Counted from the first letter of the whole stretch, positions 24,736 through 37,190 are shown. The stretch is 52,552 nt of DNA, filler included, from Squatina squatina (GCA_031763465.1; 4 parts of 4 records of this genome joined end to end with filler, not necessarily neighbours in it), one strand, 5' to 3'. The notes: generated from the letters alone by a model not told the origin. A program made the numbers and translations.

Positions 24736-24786
24736 TCTGGGATGCAGACCATCAGGCCCTGGGGATTTATCTGCCTTCAATCCCAT
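24736..24786 (-). mobile_element. CR1 ORF2 fragment
   Basis: Minus strand encodes MGLKADKSPGPDGLHPR (the SPGPDG motif preceding the RT domain). Confidence 0.8.
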
Positions 24787-25190
24787 CAACAACATCCTGT
24801 ATTTCTATAGTGCCTTTAATGTAGTAAAATGTTCCAAGGCGCTTCACAGGAGCATTATCAGACAAAATTTGACACTGAGCCACATGAAGAGCTATTTGGA
24901 TAACTGACCAAAAGCTTGGTAAAAGAGGTAGGTTTTAAGGAGCGTCTTAAAGGAGGAAATAGAGTTAGAAATGCAAAGGTGTTTAGGGAGGGAATTCCAG
25001 AGCTTGGGGCCGAGGCAGCTCAAGCCATGGCCGCCAGTGGTGGAGTGATTAAAACCAAGGATGAGCAAAAGTCCAGAATTGGAGGAGCACAGAGTTCTCG
25101 GGCAGTTGTAGAGCTGGAGAAGGTTACAGAGAAAGGGAGGCCGTGGAGGGATCTTGACACAAGCTGGAGAACTTTAAATCCGAGGCTTTT
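24787..25190 (-). mobile_element. L2 LINE 3' end
   Basis: Reverse-complemented tail 'caacaacatcctgtatttctatagtgcctttaatgtagtaaaatgttccaaggcgcttcacag'; the minus strand encodes L2-like LWNSLPK ('tttagggagggaattccagag'). Confidence 0.85.
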
Positions 25191-26364
25191 TCATTTTCAA
25201 ATTTCGGGAGAGGAAAAATAATTGAGGGGAATGAAGTACAGAATCTGATGTGCTTTTAAGCTACTTTTTCATATCATATTCCAGCCTTATAATTTACACC
25301 TGGCAACTGCTGATTAGTAAGTGATAGCATGTAAAGCATAATGGGCACCTCTGAGTGATTACAGCCTCTGATTCACGCGATGGTATGTACAGTCTTTTAA
25401 AATAAGTACTTTGAAGTATGTGGGAGTGGTTTTGTCCACATTTTCCACAACACTGAGCTCCGTTTTACTTCTCATGCCTCGTGACGCGATCTCTTCAACA
25501 CAGAAAGTGCAATGACTGTGACATAATTGCTGTAATTTCCTCAAGTAACAATCAAGGCCTAATTATCAGGAAATAACATGGGCAGTACAGAGATTGATCA
25601 CCATCTGGGAATTGTTATTAGCGATCACTCTGGCCCTGCGTTGGCATTGAAAGGTTGGCATTGGTGGCAACCCAGACTTCAGCAAGCTGGCACTTGTCCT
25701 TCTGGTGGCATGGCGGCACTCTCTTGGCACCATAGGTTGGCCCGTTGCTGATTTCTAACCGGCGTAAACGGCCACCTCCCCTAGCCATCATTTTTACTGG
25801 ACACGGGAAACTTCATCTTTATTCCAGAAGCTTCGAGAATGGTGTGGAGGAGGAAAAAAATGTGGGGGATACTTTCCTTCCTCGACTAACTTTGTGAAAC
25901 TTTAAGCCCCTGCCCCCATGTCCCCTGGTTTGATAAATGTTTAATTCATTTTCAGACAGGGTAGAACCTGGCTCCCGTTCCTTTTGATGGTTGTTGCTAT
26001 TTTTGAGTAATTTATACACAAATGCAATAAGAATTCTATCTGATTCTTGCAACTTGAAACAATACGTGAGGTGGCAAATCTCTTACCAGGTTCCATGCAG
26101 CCTAACCCATTGAAATCTATTTGTACAGATAATCTAAGCGAACATGTGATACGGTTCATTTATATGTACTGTGTCAGAGAAACCTTGTGAAATTACTTGC
26201 CAAATGACCTAATGCCATCCTTTAGAAAGACAAATATTACAAACTTTAAAAAAAAAGTCCAATCTACTCTTAATTCGAAGTTGCTTAATTTGATTTATCC
26301 ATTTATTCAAATTGAAATTGTATATAAAATCCTCTTATGCAGCTTTGTTAAATGACCAATTGCA

Positions 26365-26788
26365 GCAACAACAATTTGGATTCAATAGATTTAACGCAGG
26401 AAAATGTCCCAAAGTGTTTCACAGAGGCATAATAAAAGAATGGACAACAAGCCAAAGGAGGTATTAGAAGGTATGACCAAAGACTTGGTCAAACAGGTGG
26501 GTTTTAAGAAAGGCCTGAAAGGAGGTAAAGAGGTTTAGAGTGGAAATTCCAGGGCACGGAGCCTACATGGCTGAAGGCACATCTGCCAATGGCGGAGCGA
26601 AGGGAGGGGGTTGTAAAACTGGTCGGAGTCGCAGGATGAGAAAGTTTGAGATCAGTTGTAGGGCTGGAGGAGGTTGTAGAGATATTCAAGGGCGATGTCA
26701 TGAAGGAATTTAAACATGCAGATTTTAAATTTGAGGTTTTGAGGGACGAAGTGCCAATATAGGTCAGTGAGGTGAGGGACGATGGGAG
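26365..26788 (-). mobile_element. L2 LINE 3' end
   Basis: Minus-strand ORF includes AIGRCAFSHVGSVPWNFHSKPL, resembling the L2 GxRAFS..P.LWN.LP motif; homologous to 24787-25190. Confidence 0.8.
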
Positions 26789-26888
26789 NNNNNNNNNNNN
26801 NNNNNNNNNNNNNNNNNNNNNNNNNNNNNNNNTTAATTAATTAANNNNNNNNNNNNNNNNNNNNNNNNNNNNNNNNNNNNNNNNNNNN
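26789..26888. other. Artificial scaffold-joining spacer
   Basis: 44 N + TTAATTAATTAA (26833-26844) + 44 N. Confidence 0.98.
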
Positions 26889-27661
26889 CTGTTGCGGGAT
26901 GATGGAACAGGTCTGTGCAGCTTGACTGGTCCTCAAAGCTCTGGCACGGGGGGCGCGTGCATCCGCCTACTGCCGCGCGCCCTGCCACTGCTACGCGCAT
27001 TCTGATTGGTCCGCGCCCAGTTTGTGGTGCAGGCTTGGAGGAGCGCGAGCGCCGGACGTGTCCGCCTGGAGAGAGGAGGGCGAGGACGGCGTGTTGCAGT
27101 CAGCCGTGCTGCAGAAGTGCGCCACCAGGGGAACGACGACGGCCCGAGATCGAGAGACCGATAAAACAAAGAGCCGCGCGCGCGCCATGGGCCGCGCTCT
27201 CTTCTAGGCCGATGCAGCGGGAGCGGTTGAGGTAACGGACAACACGCACCCGCACCGGAGAGTCGGCGGCCGCCGCCATGGAATTCCAGCAATTCGTCGA
27301 CGTCGCAGATAAATGGTGCTACAACACCCCGTTCGAGCTGATCGCCACCGAGGAGGCCGAGAGCCGCTTGGATTTCTACGCGGACCCCGGTGTCTCCTTC
27401 TACGTCCTGTGCCCGGACAGCGACTTCAGGGATAATTTCGTGAGTTACCGAGCGGGCCCGGTTCATTCTTAACCACCTCCTCTGTTTGACCCGGTTCGGT
27501 CCGGCTCGGTCTTGCTGCATCCACTTGCTGCGTCATAGCCGCTGGTTCCTATGGCACCCGGGCTGGGCCGGCGGCCACCTGTATCTTCCCCCTCGCCCCT
27601 ATGTTTTTGTCTCCGTAGCGATTTAGCGGCAGTCGCCTCTACCGAGCCCCGCTGATACTGG
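26889..27661 (+). promoter_or_regulatory. CpG-island promoter and 5' region of MTURN
   Basis: Sharply GC- and CpG-rich against an AT-rich background; inverted CCAAT box (CTGATTGGT, ATTGG at 27005-27009); spans exon 1. Confidence 0.85.
27278..27439 (+). CDS. MTURN: Maturin, coding part of exon 1
   Basis: Kozak gccgccATGG; MEFQQFVDVADKWCYNTPFELIATEEAESRLDFYADPGVSFYVLCPDSDFRDNF vs recalled human MDFQQLADVAEKWCSNTPFELIATEETERRMDFYADPGVSFYVLCPDNGCGDNF; phase-0 donor |GTGAGT at 27440. Confidence 0.97.
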
Positions 27662-27913
27662 NNNNNNNNNNNNNNNNNNNNNNNNNNNNNNNNNNNNNNN
27701 NNNNNNNNNNNNNNNNNNNNNNNNNNNNNNNNNNNNNNNNNNNNNNNNNNNNNNNNNNNNNTTATGTATTATAAGGCTCAATAACTCCTTCCTGATAAGT
27801 TTTATATTGTTTGTGTTTTGAAGTGGGTGGGGTATCAACTTTTGCTCAAGTTTTTACTTTGTTCAATTCCCTTTTGTGGTTGGGTTGACTAACTCAGCGT
27901 TTTGTTCACGCAG

Positions 27914-28004
27914 TTGCTGGGTCTTCCCGACGTAGATGATGATGCATTTGAAGATTACAATGCTGACGTCGAAGAGGAGGAGCCCGAAGCGGATAGCCAG
28001 CATA
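27914..28004 (+). CDS. MTURN: Maturin, last coding exon (stop codon obscured by 10-N gap)
   Basis: Acceptor ttcacgcAG|; LLGLPDVDDDAFEDYNADVEEEEPEADSQH vs recalled human LLGLPDADDDAFEEYSADVEEEEPEADHPQ. The middle exon is not seen and presumably lies in gap 27662-27761. Confidence 0.95.
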
Positions 28005-28014
28005 NNNNNNNNNN

Positions 28015-30200
28015 AACACGCGCAGAGAAAAGTCAGCTTGTGTGAAGTTCAGTCATTTTATTGATGGATGACCCACATTCACCCTTCCCTCCCCAATACC
28101 TGAATAGCCTTTATTTGCATCAAGTTGAAACAGCATTCCTAAACCTTATCTAGTTTGTTCTCTTAACTGTTCATCATTTTGTCAAATTGCAAACTGAAAG
28201 GAGGTGTGAAATTTTTGGCATCAAGATGAATGTACTAAACTGGTTTTTGAAGGAGAAAAAATCCGCTGTTTGGATAGATCTGTACTGGATATGTGAAGCT
28301 GCTTTAATTTCAGGTTAGGTTTTTTAGTTTGACTTAAAAATATGATTGATGTAATCCACATTTCAATTAATATGGCTTTTGAGCAATACCCAGTGATTGT
28401 CCTGCTAAAATGCTCTCACATTGCTGCACTGGAAAACTTTTATTAATTGGTACATAGAATTACATAGATTTTACAGCACAGATATAGGCTATTCAGCCCA
28501 AGTGGTCTGTGCCAGAGTTTATGTTCACACGAGCCTCCTCCCACCTACTTCATATAAGCATGTCAGCATACCCTTCCATTTATTTTGGCATAATTTGAAT
28601 TTCAAATACCTATCTTGATTACATTTTTTAAAGGATATTGATTGTGGGTATTTAACTGAAGTCGCGCAATAATGAAATTGTTCCTAAGCAACCGGTTGTG
28701 GCGAGTCTAGAGAGTAACTGTTTAGTACAGGTTTCACTTTTTAAGTTCTATCAGGTAGTTTTACGGTGATTACTTCACTTAAAATATCCTTGAGGACACT
28801 TTAATTAAAATGCAACACTGACTGAGAACTGACATCTGCTTGCATCAACTTGTTACATTGTAAAAGCAAAAGAATGTGCTGTTGTGTAGAAGCTTGAGGG
28901 CATTAAATACTGTTTTCTGCTACTGCTGTATGTACTGCGGATACTGTATACTGTACTGCATTAATTATTGCTTGGCTTTTAATGCACTGCAGTCTGTTGG
29001 GTACTTTACTGATTACTTCCTATGCATCTTAGATAAAACATTTACAGCTATAACATTCCCAGTTGTAGATCAAAAATAGCACAGACTTTAGCTNNNNNNN
29101 NNNNNNNNNNNNNNNNNNNNNNNNNNNNNNNNNNNNNNNNNNNNNNNNNNNNNNNNNNNNNNNNNNNNNNNNNNNNNNNNNNNNNNNNNNNNNAACAGAG
29201 TCTACAGGTGGGTGGAGGTGCGCTCTCCATTAGTGACATTGTATGTGTAGGTGGGGGGGGGAGGGGAAAGTTAGTAACATGCGTATGAAAGAATTAAAAA
29301 TATGTAATACTCATTGAATAATGGGTGGGTTATTCAATACATTGTAAGTGGTAAATTGTACTGTACCTGGCCTGTGGACCTCTTGTACTTTATCTGTGTG
29401 TATACTGTAAAACAGAATGCCTTGTGTAATCCTGGAACATTTGAGATAGCATAAAATCTTAATGTTTTAAAATACACTTCTAATCAGTTGATGATTTGAA
29501 GCATTACGGAGCATTCCTTTGCCTGCAGTCGAGTGTCTGTTCCTTTGACTTGGGTAAGTAAGGCCATGGACAAGAGTGCCGTTTAATGTAAATATTCTGT
29601 TCTACAGTATACGTACTGTACAGATAACCAAAGTAAAAGCTTGGTCTGTACTTTGTGTGAACGGTACCCAGTGTTTTAATATGTTGCGTGACAGTTGAGC
29701 ATCTGATTTTGTTCATCCTGAGGGAGGGAGCCTATTGTTAACAGCTGTTTAATTGCCTCTCTCTTAAATGCATGACTGGTTGATACAGGAGGTATTATTT
29801 TAATTTTGGTAGTTTATAAAAATTTATTTTCTAGTTGATGTGTCATAGTCTGTTACAACCTACAATACTTCCATTTATAGATACCTCAATGCTTTTGTTG
29901 ACCTAGCAGACTGGATTTAAAAATGGTTTAAAAACAAATTGGACAGATTTCTCTATTATAAATTAGCCTTATAATACTGTTTGAAATTATATTAGATTTA
30001 ATAAAAGATAATAGTAATGAAATTGGTTCTCTCCTTTTGGATTGATTTAAAGCATTACATTTATGCGTTTAGACTGAATTTGTAAAGCAAATGTGTTGAT
30101 TTGTTTTTAATAGTTATGAAAGGTAACTTGGATAGGCGAACAAAAGGATACTGTACTTTAACATGCTCAACACTAAACATGCTGAAAATAAATTATTCAA
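28015..30200 (+). other. Putative long MTURN 3'UTR
   Basis: AT/T-rich, repeat-poor sequence directly after the last coding exon; AATAAA at 30000 and 30187; Pumilio-type TGTAAATA at 29587. The end point is a guess and a gap lies at 29094-29193. Confidence 0.55.
28452..28580 (-). mobile_element. CR1 3' tail, antisense inside the putative MTURN 3'UTR
   Basis: 'acatagaattacatagattttacagcacagatataggctattcagcccaag' is a reverse-complemented CR1 tail. Confidence 0.7.
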
Positions 30201-31741
30201 ACATTGCTATCTCAGTGCCCTTAATATGTAAAACTTTAATTCAAATGAGTCATCTGAAATGCTTTTTTTTAAATTCCTCGTTGCTGTTCAGTAAACAGCT
30301 GTAAAACAGTGACAAAACTTAATGAGGGATTTATTTTCAGAACATCTATTAATTTTGTGTGACCTGAAGAAATCTATTGTCTGCCATAATAAATTGGCAA
30401 CAAAAAGAAACTGACCTAGAAACAATTTAACTGAGTGCATGTGCAATAGAGTCATGGATTTTGCCCAGCCCATCCGACGAACTGTTCTGCACAGTATCTC
30501 CTTTCCCTCCAGATACATCAAGCAAAACAGAAGAATGTCTCTAACCTTGCAACTTAACCGTCATGTTCCATGGTGTATTCTGTCCAACCCCAAGGCCAAC
30601 TGTTTTTGCAGGCTGGACAATTTCCATCTAATGTTTAATTTTGCTGATTTAACTTCAAATACAAAAATAAATGACTCCTACACCCCTACCCCCAAGTTTT
30701 CCCTGCCCTGAAGCCACTGGCGTCTGATCAGCTCCAGGGTTGACTGCTGCTCTTCAGTGCATTGTTTAAAATACTTCCCTCCATGCAGCCTTTTCCTTCT
30801 ACATAGTTATTGGGAAAAGATGAATGTAAAAGTCAAACTTCTTGCCCCAGTGGAGACTTGGCATCTCTTGTCGTCTTCCCTCTTGAATGTCTTGGTGATA
30901 TAGCTAATGGTAAGAACTCACTTGCATCCCAGAGTAATCTTNNNNNNNNNNNNNNNNNNNNNNNNNNNNNNNNNNNNNNNNNNNNNNNNNNNNNNNNNNN
31001 NNNNNNNNNNNNNNNNNNNNNNNNNNNNNNNNNNNNNNNNNCAGCATCGTAGCTTTAGCTAGTCACATTGTTGCCACCCTCCATGCTTTGTCAAGGATAT
31101 TGAGCTGTGGAGGCTGCAGTGGTGTCCAGATCAGACTCCTTCAAATAATAATGCTTAAAAAAATATCAGCAAAGGCTTCATTAATTCTGCAGTGCGGAGC
31201 TGCCAGCTGATTAAATCTCTGCAGTAAGCTAGCCAACCTGCTGTTCACATAGTCGGTATGCTAAAGATCGTATGGCTTATTTCAGTGATTGCAGCAGCAC
31301 TGTTTACTGAACCTTAGAATGCCCTCTACCTTCCTATGGAACCAATCAGGTGATCTGATGAAGTAATAAAGCAATACAGAACCATGAGACTGAATTTACT
31401 GCAACACAGAGTCAGACATGAAGTTTTACTCCTCGCCTTCTGGGAGCTGGGACCATCTAGATTCAGGAAATGATCCCAAGATAATTGAATGTGCGCTCCT
31501 TTTTGTAAAGAATTTCTAAGGAAAAGCATAGCCTTGTGAGAATATATCAAACTTACATTTTTCAGTAATTTCATCAGTTCCACGCTGGTAATTAGAAACC
31601 TATTGATTTTTCACTTTCGCCATACCGTGTCACCACAAGCAATCCCAATCACACTATAGCATGATTTGAATGCAGAATGAGCCTCATTTTGTACTATCCA
31701 ATAATATACAATAGTCAAAACCTTAAAGGGTCACTCTCTAT

Positions 31742-32036
31742 TTGAGCACAAAAATCTAGGCTGACACTGCAGTGCAGTACTAAGTGAGTGCTGCACTGTC
31801 AGACGTGCCGTCTATCAGACGAAACGTTAAACCAAGGCCCCATCTACTTTCTCAGGTCGATATAAAAGATCCCATGGCATTAATCGAAGAAGGGTAGGGG
31901 AGTTGGCCCCGCTGTCCAGGCCATTATTTATTCCTCAACCAATGTCACTAAAAACAGATTATCTGGTCATTATCACATTTCAGTTTGGGGACCTTGCTGT
32001 GCACAAATTGGCTGCTGCGTTTCCTCCATTACATCA
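31742..32036 (+). mobile_element. DeuSINE lacking the promoter boxes, cut by a gap
   Basis: 'ttgagcacaaaaatctaggctgacactgcagtgcagtact...aaaagatcccatggca...aaaacagattatctggtcattatcacatt' matches the other copies. Confidence 0.88.
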
Positions 32037-32136
32037 NNNNNNNNNNNNNNNNNNNNNNNNNNNNNNNNNNNNNNNNNNNNNNNNNNNNNNNNNNNNNNNN
32101 NNNNNNNNNNNNNNNNNNNNNNNNNNNNNNNNNNNN

Positions 32137-35038
32137 CTTGTTTTATCTCTCTCAATGTTGCTGTGTGTCTTGCTTTATCACTCAATGTTGCTATGTGCAT
32201 TCTTTTGTCTCTCATTGTTAATGTGGGTCTTGTTTTATCGCTCATTGTTACTGTGTGTCTTCTTTTATCTCTCATTGTTACTGTTCGTGATGTTTTATCG
32301 CCCTCATTGTTGCTACGTGTATTGTTTTATCTCTCATTTTTACTGTGTGAATTGTTTTATCTCTCCTTGTTGCTATATGTATTCCTTTACCTCTCTCTTT
32401 GTTAATGTGTGTATTGTTTTATCTCTCTTTGTTGCTGTATGTCTTGTTTTATCTCTCACAGTTACTGTGTGTATTGTTTTATCTCTCTTTTTACTATGTG
32501 TCTTGTTTTATCTCTCGCATTGTGATTGTGTGTATTGCTTTAGCTCCCATTGTTAATGTGTGTCTTGTTTTATCTCTCTTTGTTACTGTGTGTATTGTTT
32601 TATGTCTCATTGTTACGGTGTGTATTGTTTTGTCTCTCATTGTCACTGTGTGTATTGTTTTATCACTCACTGTTGCTGTGTGTCTTGTTTTATCTCTCTT
32701 TGTTACTGGTGTATTGTTTTATGTCTCATTGTTACTGTGTGTATTGTTTTGTCTCTCATGGTTACTGCGTGTCTTGATCTATCTCTCTCTTTGTTACCAT
32801 GTATCTTGCTTCATCTCTCATTGTTACTGTGTGTATTGTTTCATCTCTCATTGTCACTGTATTTATTGTTTTATCTCTCTCATTGTGATTGTTTGCATTG
32901 TTTTGTCTCTCATTATTACAGTGTGTTCTGTTTTATCTCTCTCATTGTTGCTGTATTAATTTCTTATTGCTCATTGTTACTGTGTGTATTGTTTTATCAC
33001 TGTCATTGTAAATATGTGTCTTGTTTTATCTCTCTCAATGTTGCTGCGTGTCTTGCTTTATCACTCAATGTTACTATGTGCATTCTTTTGTCTCTCATTG
33101 TTATTGTGTGTATTGCTTTATCTCCCATTGTTAATGTGTGTCTTGTTTTATCTCTCATTGTTACTGTGCATATTGTTTTATCTCTCTCATTGTTGCTACG
33201 TGTATTGTTTTATCTCTTATTTTTACTGTGTGTATTGTTTTATCTGTGTCATTGTTGCTGCGTGTATTGTTTTATCTCCCATTGTTACTGTGTCTATTGT
33301 TTTATCTCTGTCATTGTTGCTATGTGTCTTGTTTTATCTCTCTCAATGTTGCTGTGTGTCTTGCTTTATCACTCAATGTTGCTATGTGCATTCTTTTGTC
33401 TCTCGTTGTTAATGTATGTCTTGTTTTATCTCTCTTTGTTACTGTGTGCATTGCTTTATGTCTCATTGTTACTGTGTGTCTTGTTTTATCTCTCATTGTT
33501 ACTGTGTGTCTTGTTTTATCTCTCATTGTTACTGTTCGTATTGTTTTCCCTCCCTCATTGTTGGTACGTGCATTGTTTTATCTCTCATTTTTACTATGTG
33601 ATTTGTGTTATCTCTCTTTGTTGCTGTCTGTATTCTTCTACCTCTCATTTTCACTGTGGGTATTGTTTTATCACTCTCTGTTACTGTGTGTCTTGTTTTA
33701 TTGCTCATTATTACTTTGTGTATTGTTTTGTCTCTCATTGTCACTGGCTGTATAATTTTCTCATTTTTACTGTGTGTATTGTTTTATGTCTCATTGTTAT
33801 GATGTGTATTGTTTTGTCTCTCATTGTCACTGTGTGTTTTGTTTTATTTCTCATTGTTACTGTCTGTATTGTTTTATCTCTCATTGTTGCTATATGTATA
33901 CTTTTACCTCTCTCAATGCTACTGTGTGTATTGTTTTATCTCTCATTGTCACTGTGTGTCTTGTTTTATCTCTCTTATTGTTACTGAGTGTATTGCTTAA
34001 TCTCTCATTGTCACTGTGTGTATTTGTTCATCTCTCATTGTTAATGTATGTCTTGTTTTGTCTCTCATTGTTGCTGTGTGTACTCTTTTATCTCTCTTTG
34101 TTACTGTGTGTATTGTTTTGTCTCTCATTGTTACTGTGTGTATTGTTTTATCTCTCATTCTCACTGTGTGTATCCTTTTATCTCTCTCACTGTTGCTGCA
34201 TGTATTGTTTTATCTCTCACTGTTACTGTGTGTATGTTTTATCTCTCATTGTTACTGTGTGTATTGTTTTATCTCTCATTATTACTGTGTGTCCTCTTTT
34301 ATCTCTCATTGCTACTGTGCGTATTGTTTTATCTCTCTCATTGTTGCTGCGTGTATTGTTTCATCTCTCATTGTTACTGTGTGTATTGTTTTATCTCTCA
34401 TTGTTACTGTGTGTCTTGTTTTATCTCTCATTGTCAATGTGCGTAGTGTTTATCTCTCTCACTGTTGCTACGTGTATTGTTTTATCTCTCATTTTTACAG
34501 TGTGTATTGTTTTATCTCTCATTGTTTCTATGTTTATGCTTTTACCTCTTGCATTGTTACTGTGTGTATTGTTTTATCTCTCTCTTTGTTGCTGTATGTC
34601 TTGCTTTATCTCTCATAGTTGTTGTGTGTATCGTTTTATCTCTCTTTCTACTATGTGTATTGTTTTATCTCTCTCATTGTTGCTGCATGTATTGTTTTAT
34701 CTGCCATTGTTACTGTGTGTATTGTCTTATCTCTGTCATTGTTACTATGTGTCTTGTTTTATCTCTCTCAATGTTGCTGCGTGTCTTCCTTTATCACTCA
34801 ATGTTACTATGTGCATTCTTTTGTCTCCCATTGTTATTGTGTGCATTGCTTTATCTCCCATTGTTCTTGTGTGCATTGCTTTATCTCCCATTGTTAATGT
34901 GTGTCTTGTTTTATCTCTTATTGTTACTGTGTGTATTGTTTTATCTCTCTTTTTACTCTGTGTATTGTTTTATCTCTCTCATTGTTGTTGCGTGAATTGT
35001 TTTATCTCCCATTGTTACTGTCGATATTGTTTTATCTC
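32137..35038. repeat. Degenerate tandem array, 30-bp unit with 32-bp variants, about 95 units
   Basis: Exact 30-bp period at 33481 (ttgttttatctctcattgttactgtgtgtc); consensus about TGTGTATTGTTTTATCTCTCATTGTTACTG; fills a whole contig between two gaps. Confidence 0.97.
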
Positions 35039-35138
35039 NNNNNNNNNNNNNNNNNNNNNNNNNNNNNNNNNNNNNNNNNNNNNNNNNNNNNNNNNNNNNN
35101 NNNNNNNNNNNNNNNNNNNNNNNNNNNNNNNNNNNNNN

Positions 35139-35305
35139 ATGAGCAGCGAAAGCAGTATACTAAATTGAAAGAAGTACAAGTAAATCGCTGTCTCACCGGG
35201 AAGGAGTGTTCGGGGACCTGGACAGTGGGAAGGGAGGACGTAAAAGGGCAGGTGTAGCATCTCCTGCGCTCGCACAGGAAGGTGCTGTGGGAAGGGGAGG
35301 GGGCA
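35139..35305 (-). mobile_element. Penelope-like element fragment (Cys-rich linker and start of GIY-YIG domain)
   Basis: Minus strand STFLCERRRCYTCPFTSSLPTVQVPEHSFPVRQRFTCTSFNLVYCFRCS, the C-x4-C-x2-C...FTC...VYC..C signature of these elements. Confidence 0.85.
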
Positions 35306-37059
35306 TAAAGCGTGTTGGTACATCCTGAAGTCGTGAAAGGCGCCATATAAATGCAAGTCTTTTTTTACTAAAGTACCCATGTTGTCCCCAGATTGTTCTG
35401 TTGCTCCATTATAATGTTGCTGTCTGCTGCATTTTAAGGATATGACTTACTTTTACAGTCTTGGCAGATTAAACGTAAAGGTACCCTCTCACTCATTGGA
35501 ACACTGGGTTTTAACAGCCCGATTGAGCACTATAAGCTGCAGATTTTACTGGTGGGTGTGGAAAGATAAAAAATGTTTCATTAGCACATTTTACCTACAC
35601 CAAAACCTAGGTAAAGATGATTCTTATTAAATGATTGCCCACTGAGAATTAAAAAAAACTTGAACTGTCTTTGCGAGTGTAGTTTGTCTTGTAACCACAA
35701 GATGGCAGTCACACTCCATACTTCATTTTGATCTCTTCCCAAGTTGCATGGCAAAGATTGACTTTCTCTTAAGCAGCAGTTTGCCAAGAGAGCGAAGGGC
35801 CCTTTATCAAATATTCTGTTCCGGTGGATAAGTTACTTTTCCACTGTGACTATTCTCATCGCAGCAAGGGTGAGGATTAATTTGANNNNNNNNNNNNNNN
35901 NNNNNNNNNNNNNNNNNNNNNNNNNNNNNNNNNNNNNNNNNNNNNNNNNNNNNNNNNNNNNNNNNNNNNNNNNNNNNNNNNNNNNCAAATGGACCAAATG
36001 GCAAAAGCTTCCCTGAACTTTGATCTGCAAGGTATCTCTCTACACATTACTATTAGTTTCTCATTGTGCTTGAAAAGCGAATCGCAATATTAGTGGAATT
36101 CCAACACAACTGTGTTTTTGGAAAATGACAGAAAACTGGTACGTGTGAGTGACCCTGAAAATGGCACAGGCATTCTGGATCTGTTTCTACGGTCTCAGCG
36201 ATCATAGTCAGTTCAAATCAGAATGATCCTTACTCTTTGCAGTATCAAAATAATTACACTTACGGTTAGAAATACACTTCATACACCAGGCCAAGCATAT
36301 TAACTTACCAGACCAATGTCCATACAGCTTTCTCCAGAAAATGGCAACATCTGCATTCGCTTTTCCTACCAGTTGGATCCTAATCATCTGCTTGTGGCTA
36401 AAAAGAGCTCTATCTACCCATCAACCATCAGGGCAAACTATCCATGGCCCTGATACTTGACCATTCAATGAAAATCAATGCAACGTTAAAGGTGTGGTGA
36501 AAACATGGCTGGAGACATGTACAGGAATTAGCCTGCACCTGGAACTATGAAGGCATTATTACAGAGCATACAACAGCCAGACAAAACTTCTCAGCCCCTG
36601 GCCATTGTGCCTATATATGTTTCTTTATTTCACTCCCGAAGGGGATTTGTGACACATTACATAACATTATGGATCAGACTCAGGGACAGGGAAACAGCTG
36701 TTTTCTAAATTCACCTGCTCCGCGGCAGTGCAGCCCTGTCATTGCCTACATGTACATAATCAGCAAGCATCTGTTCTGAGTTTAAATTTACACAAAGGGC
36801 TGGCTTGTTTCCTCATTAATCTTAAACTGCAGGAGTATGCTGGCCATTTAGCAAACTGGCAATTTACCCAGGGATCCTTCTACTGCAGCAAGGCGCACTT
36901 GGACTTCCCTCAGCAGCATTATCACCACCAGAAGTGTGGCTTGATGAGACTTCTGCCTGTCCCATTGCACTAGCACAGGCCTTGCTGTATTCTCTAATTT
37001 CACCTTAACATATAAATGAGCTCCAGGCAGTATGAACACCTTACTTGTTTGCGGGGTGG

Positions 37060-37190
37060 GAAAGTGTAATGTTGTAGCATTTAAAATTGAGGTGTTGCCG
37101 GACTGGGAGTCAATGTAAGCGAGCACAGGGGGGATGGATGAATGAGGCTTGGTACTCACTGGAGTGCGGGCACCAGAGTTTTGGATGTTA
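37060..37190 (-). mobile_element. L2 LINE fragment
   Basis: 'tttaaaattgaggtgttgccggactgggagtcaatgtaag...cagagttttggat' is homologous to the 26725-26788 end of the L2 copy. Confidence 0.6.

Noticed and set aside
26915-27520. Overlapping ORFs including a 195-aa antisense ORF across MTURN exon 1
   Set aside because: Explained by stop-codon scarcity in a GC-rich CpG island and by shadowing of the real CDS.
31903-35257. Long Cys/Leu/Val-rich ORFs up to 475 aa, considered as membrane or keratin-associated proteins
   Set aside because: Open in all three frames of a 30-bp satellite, with frequent 2-bp indels that switch frame; no sign of coding constraint.
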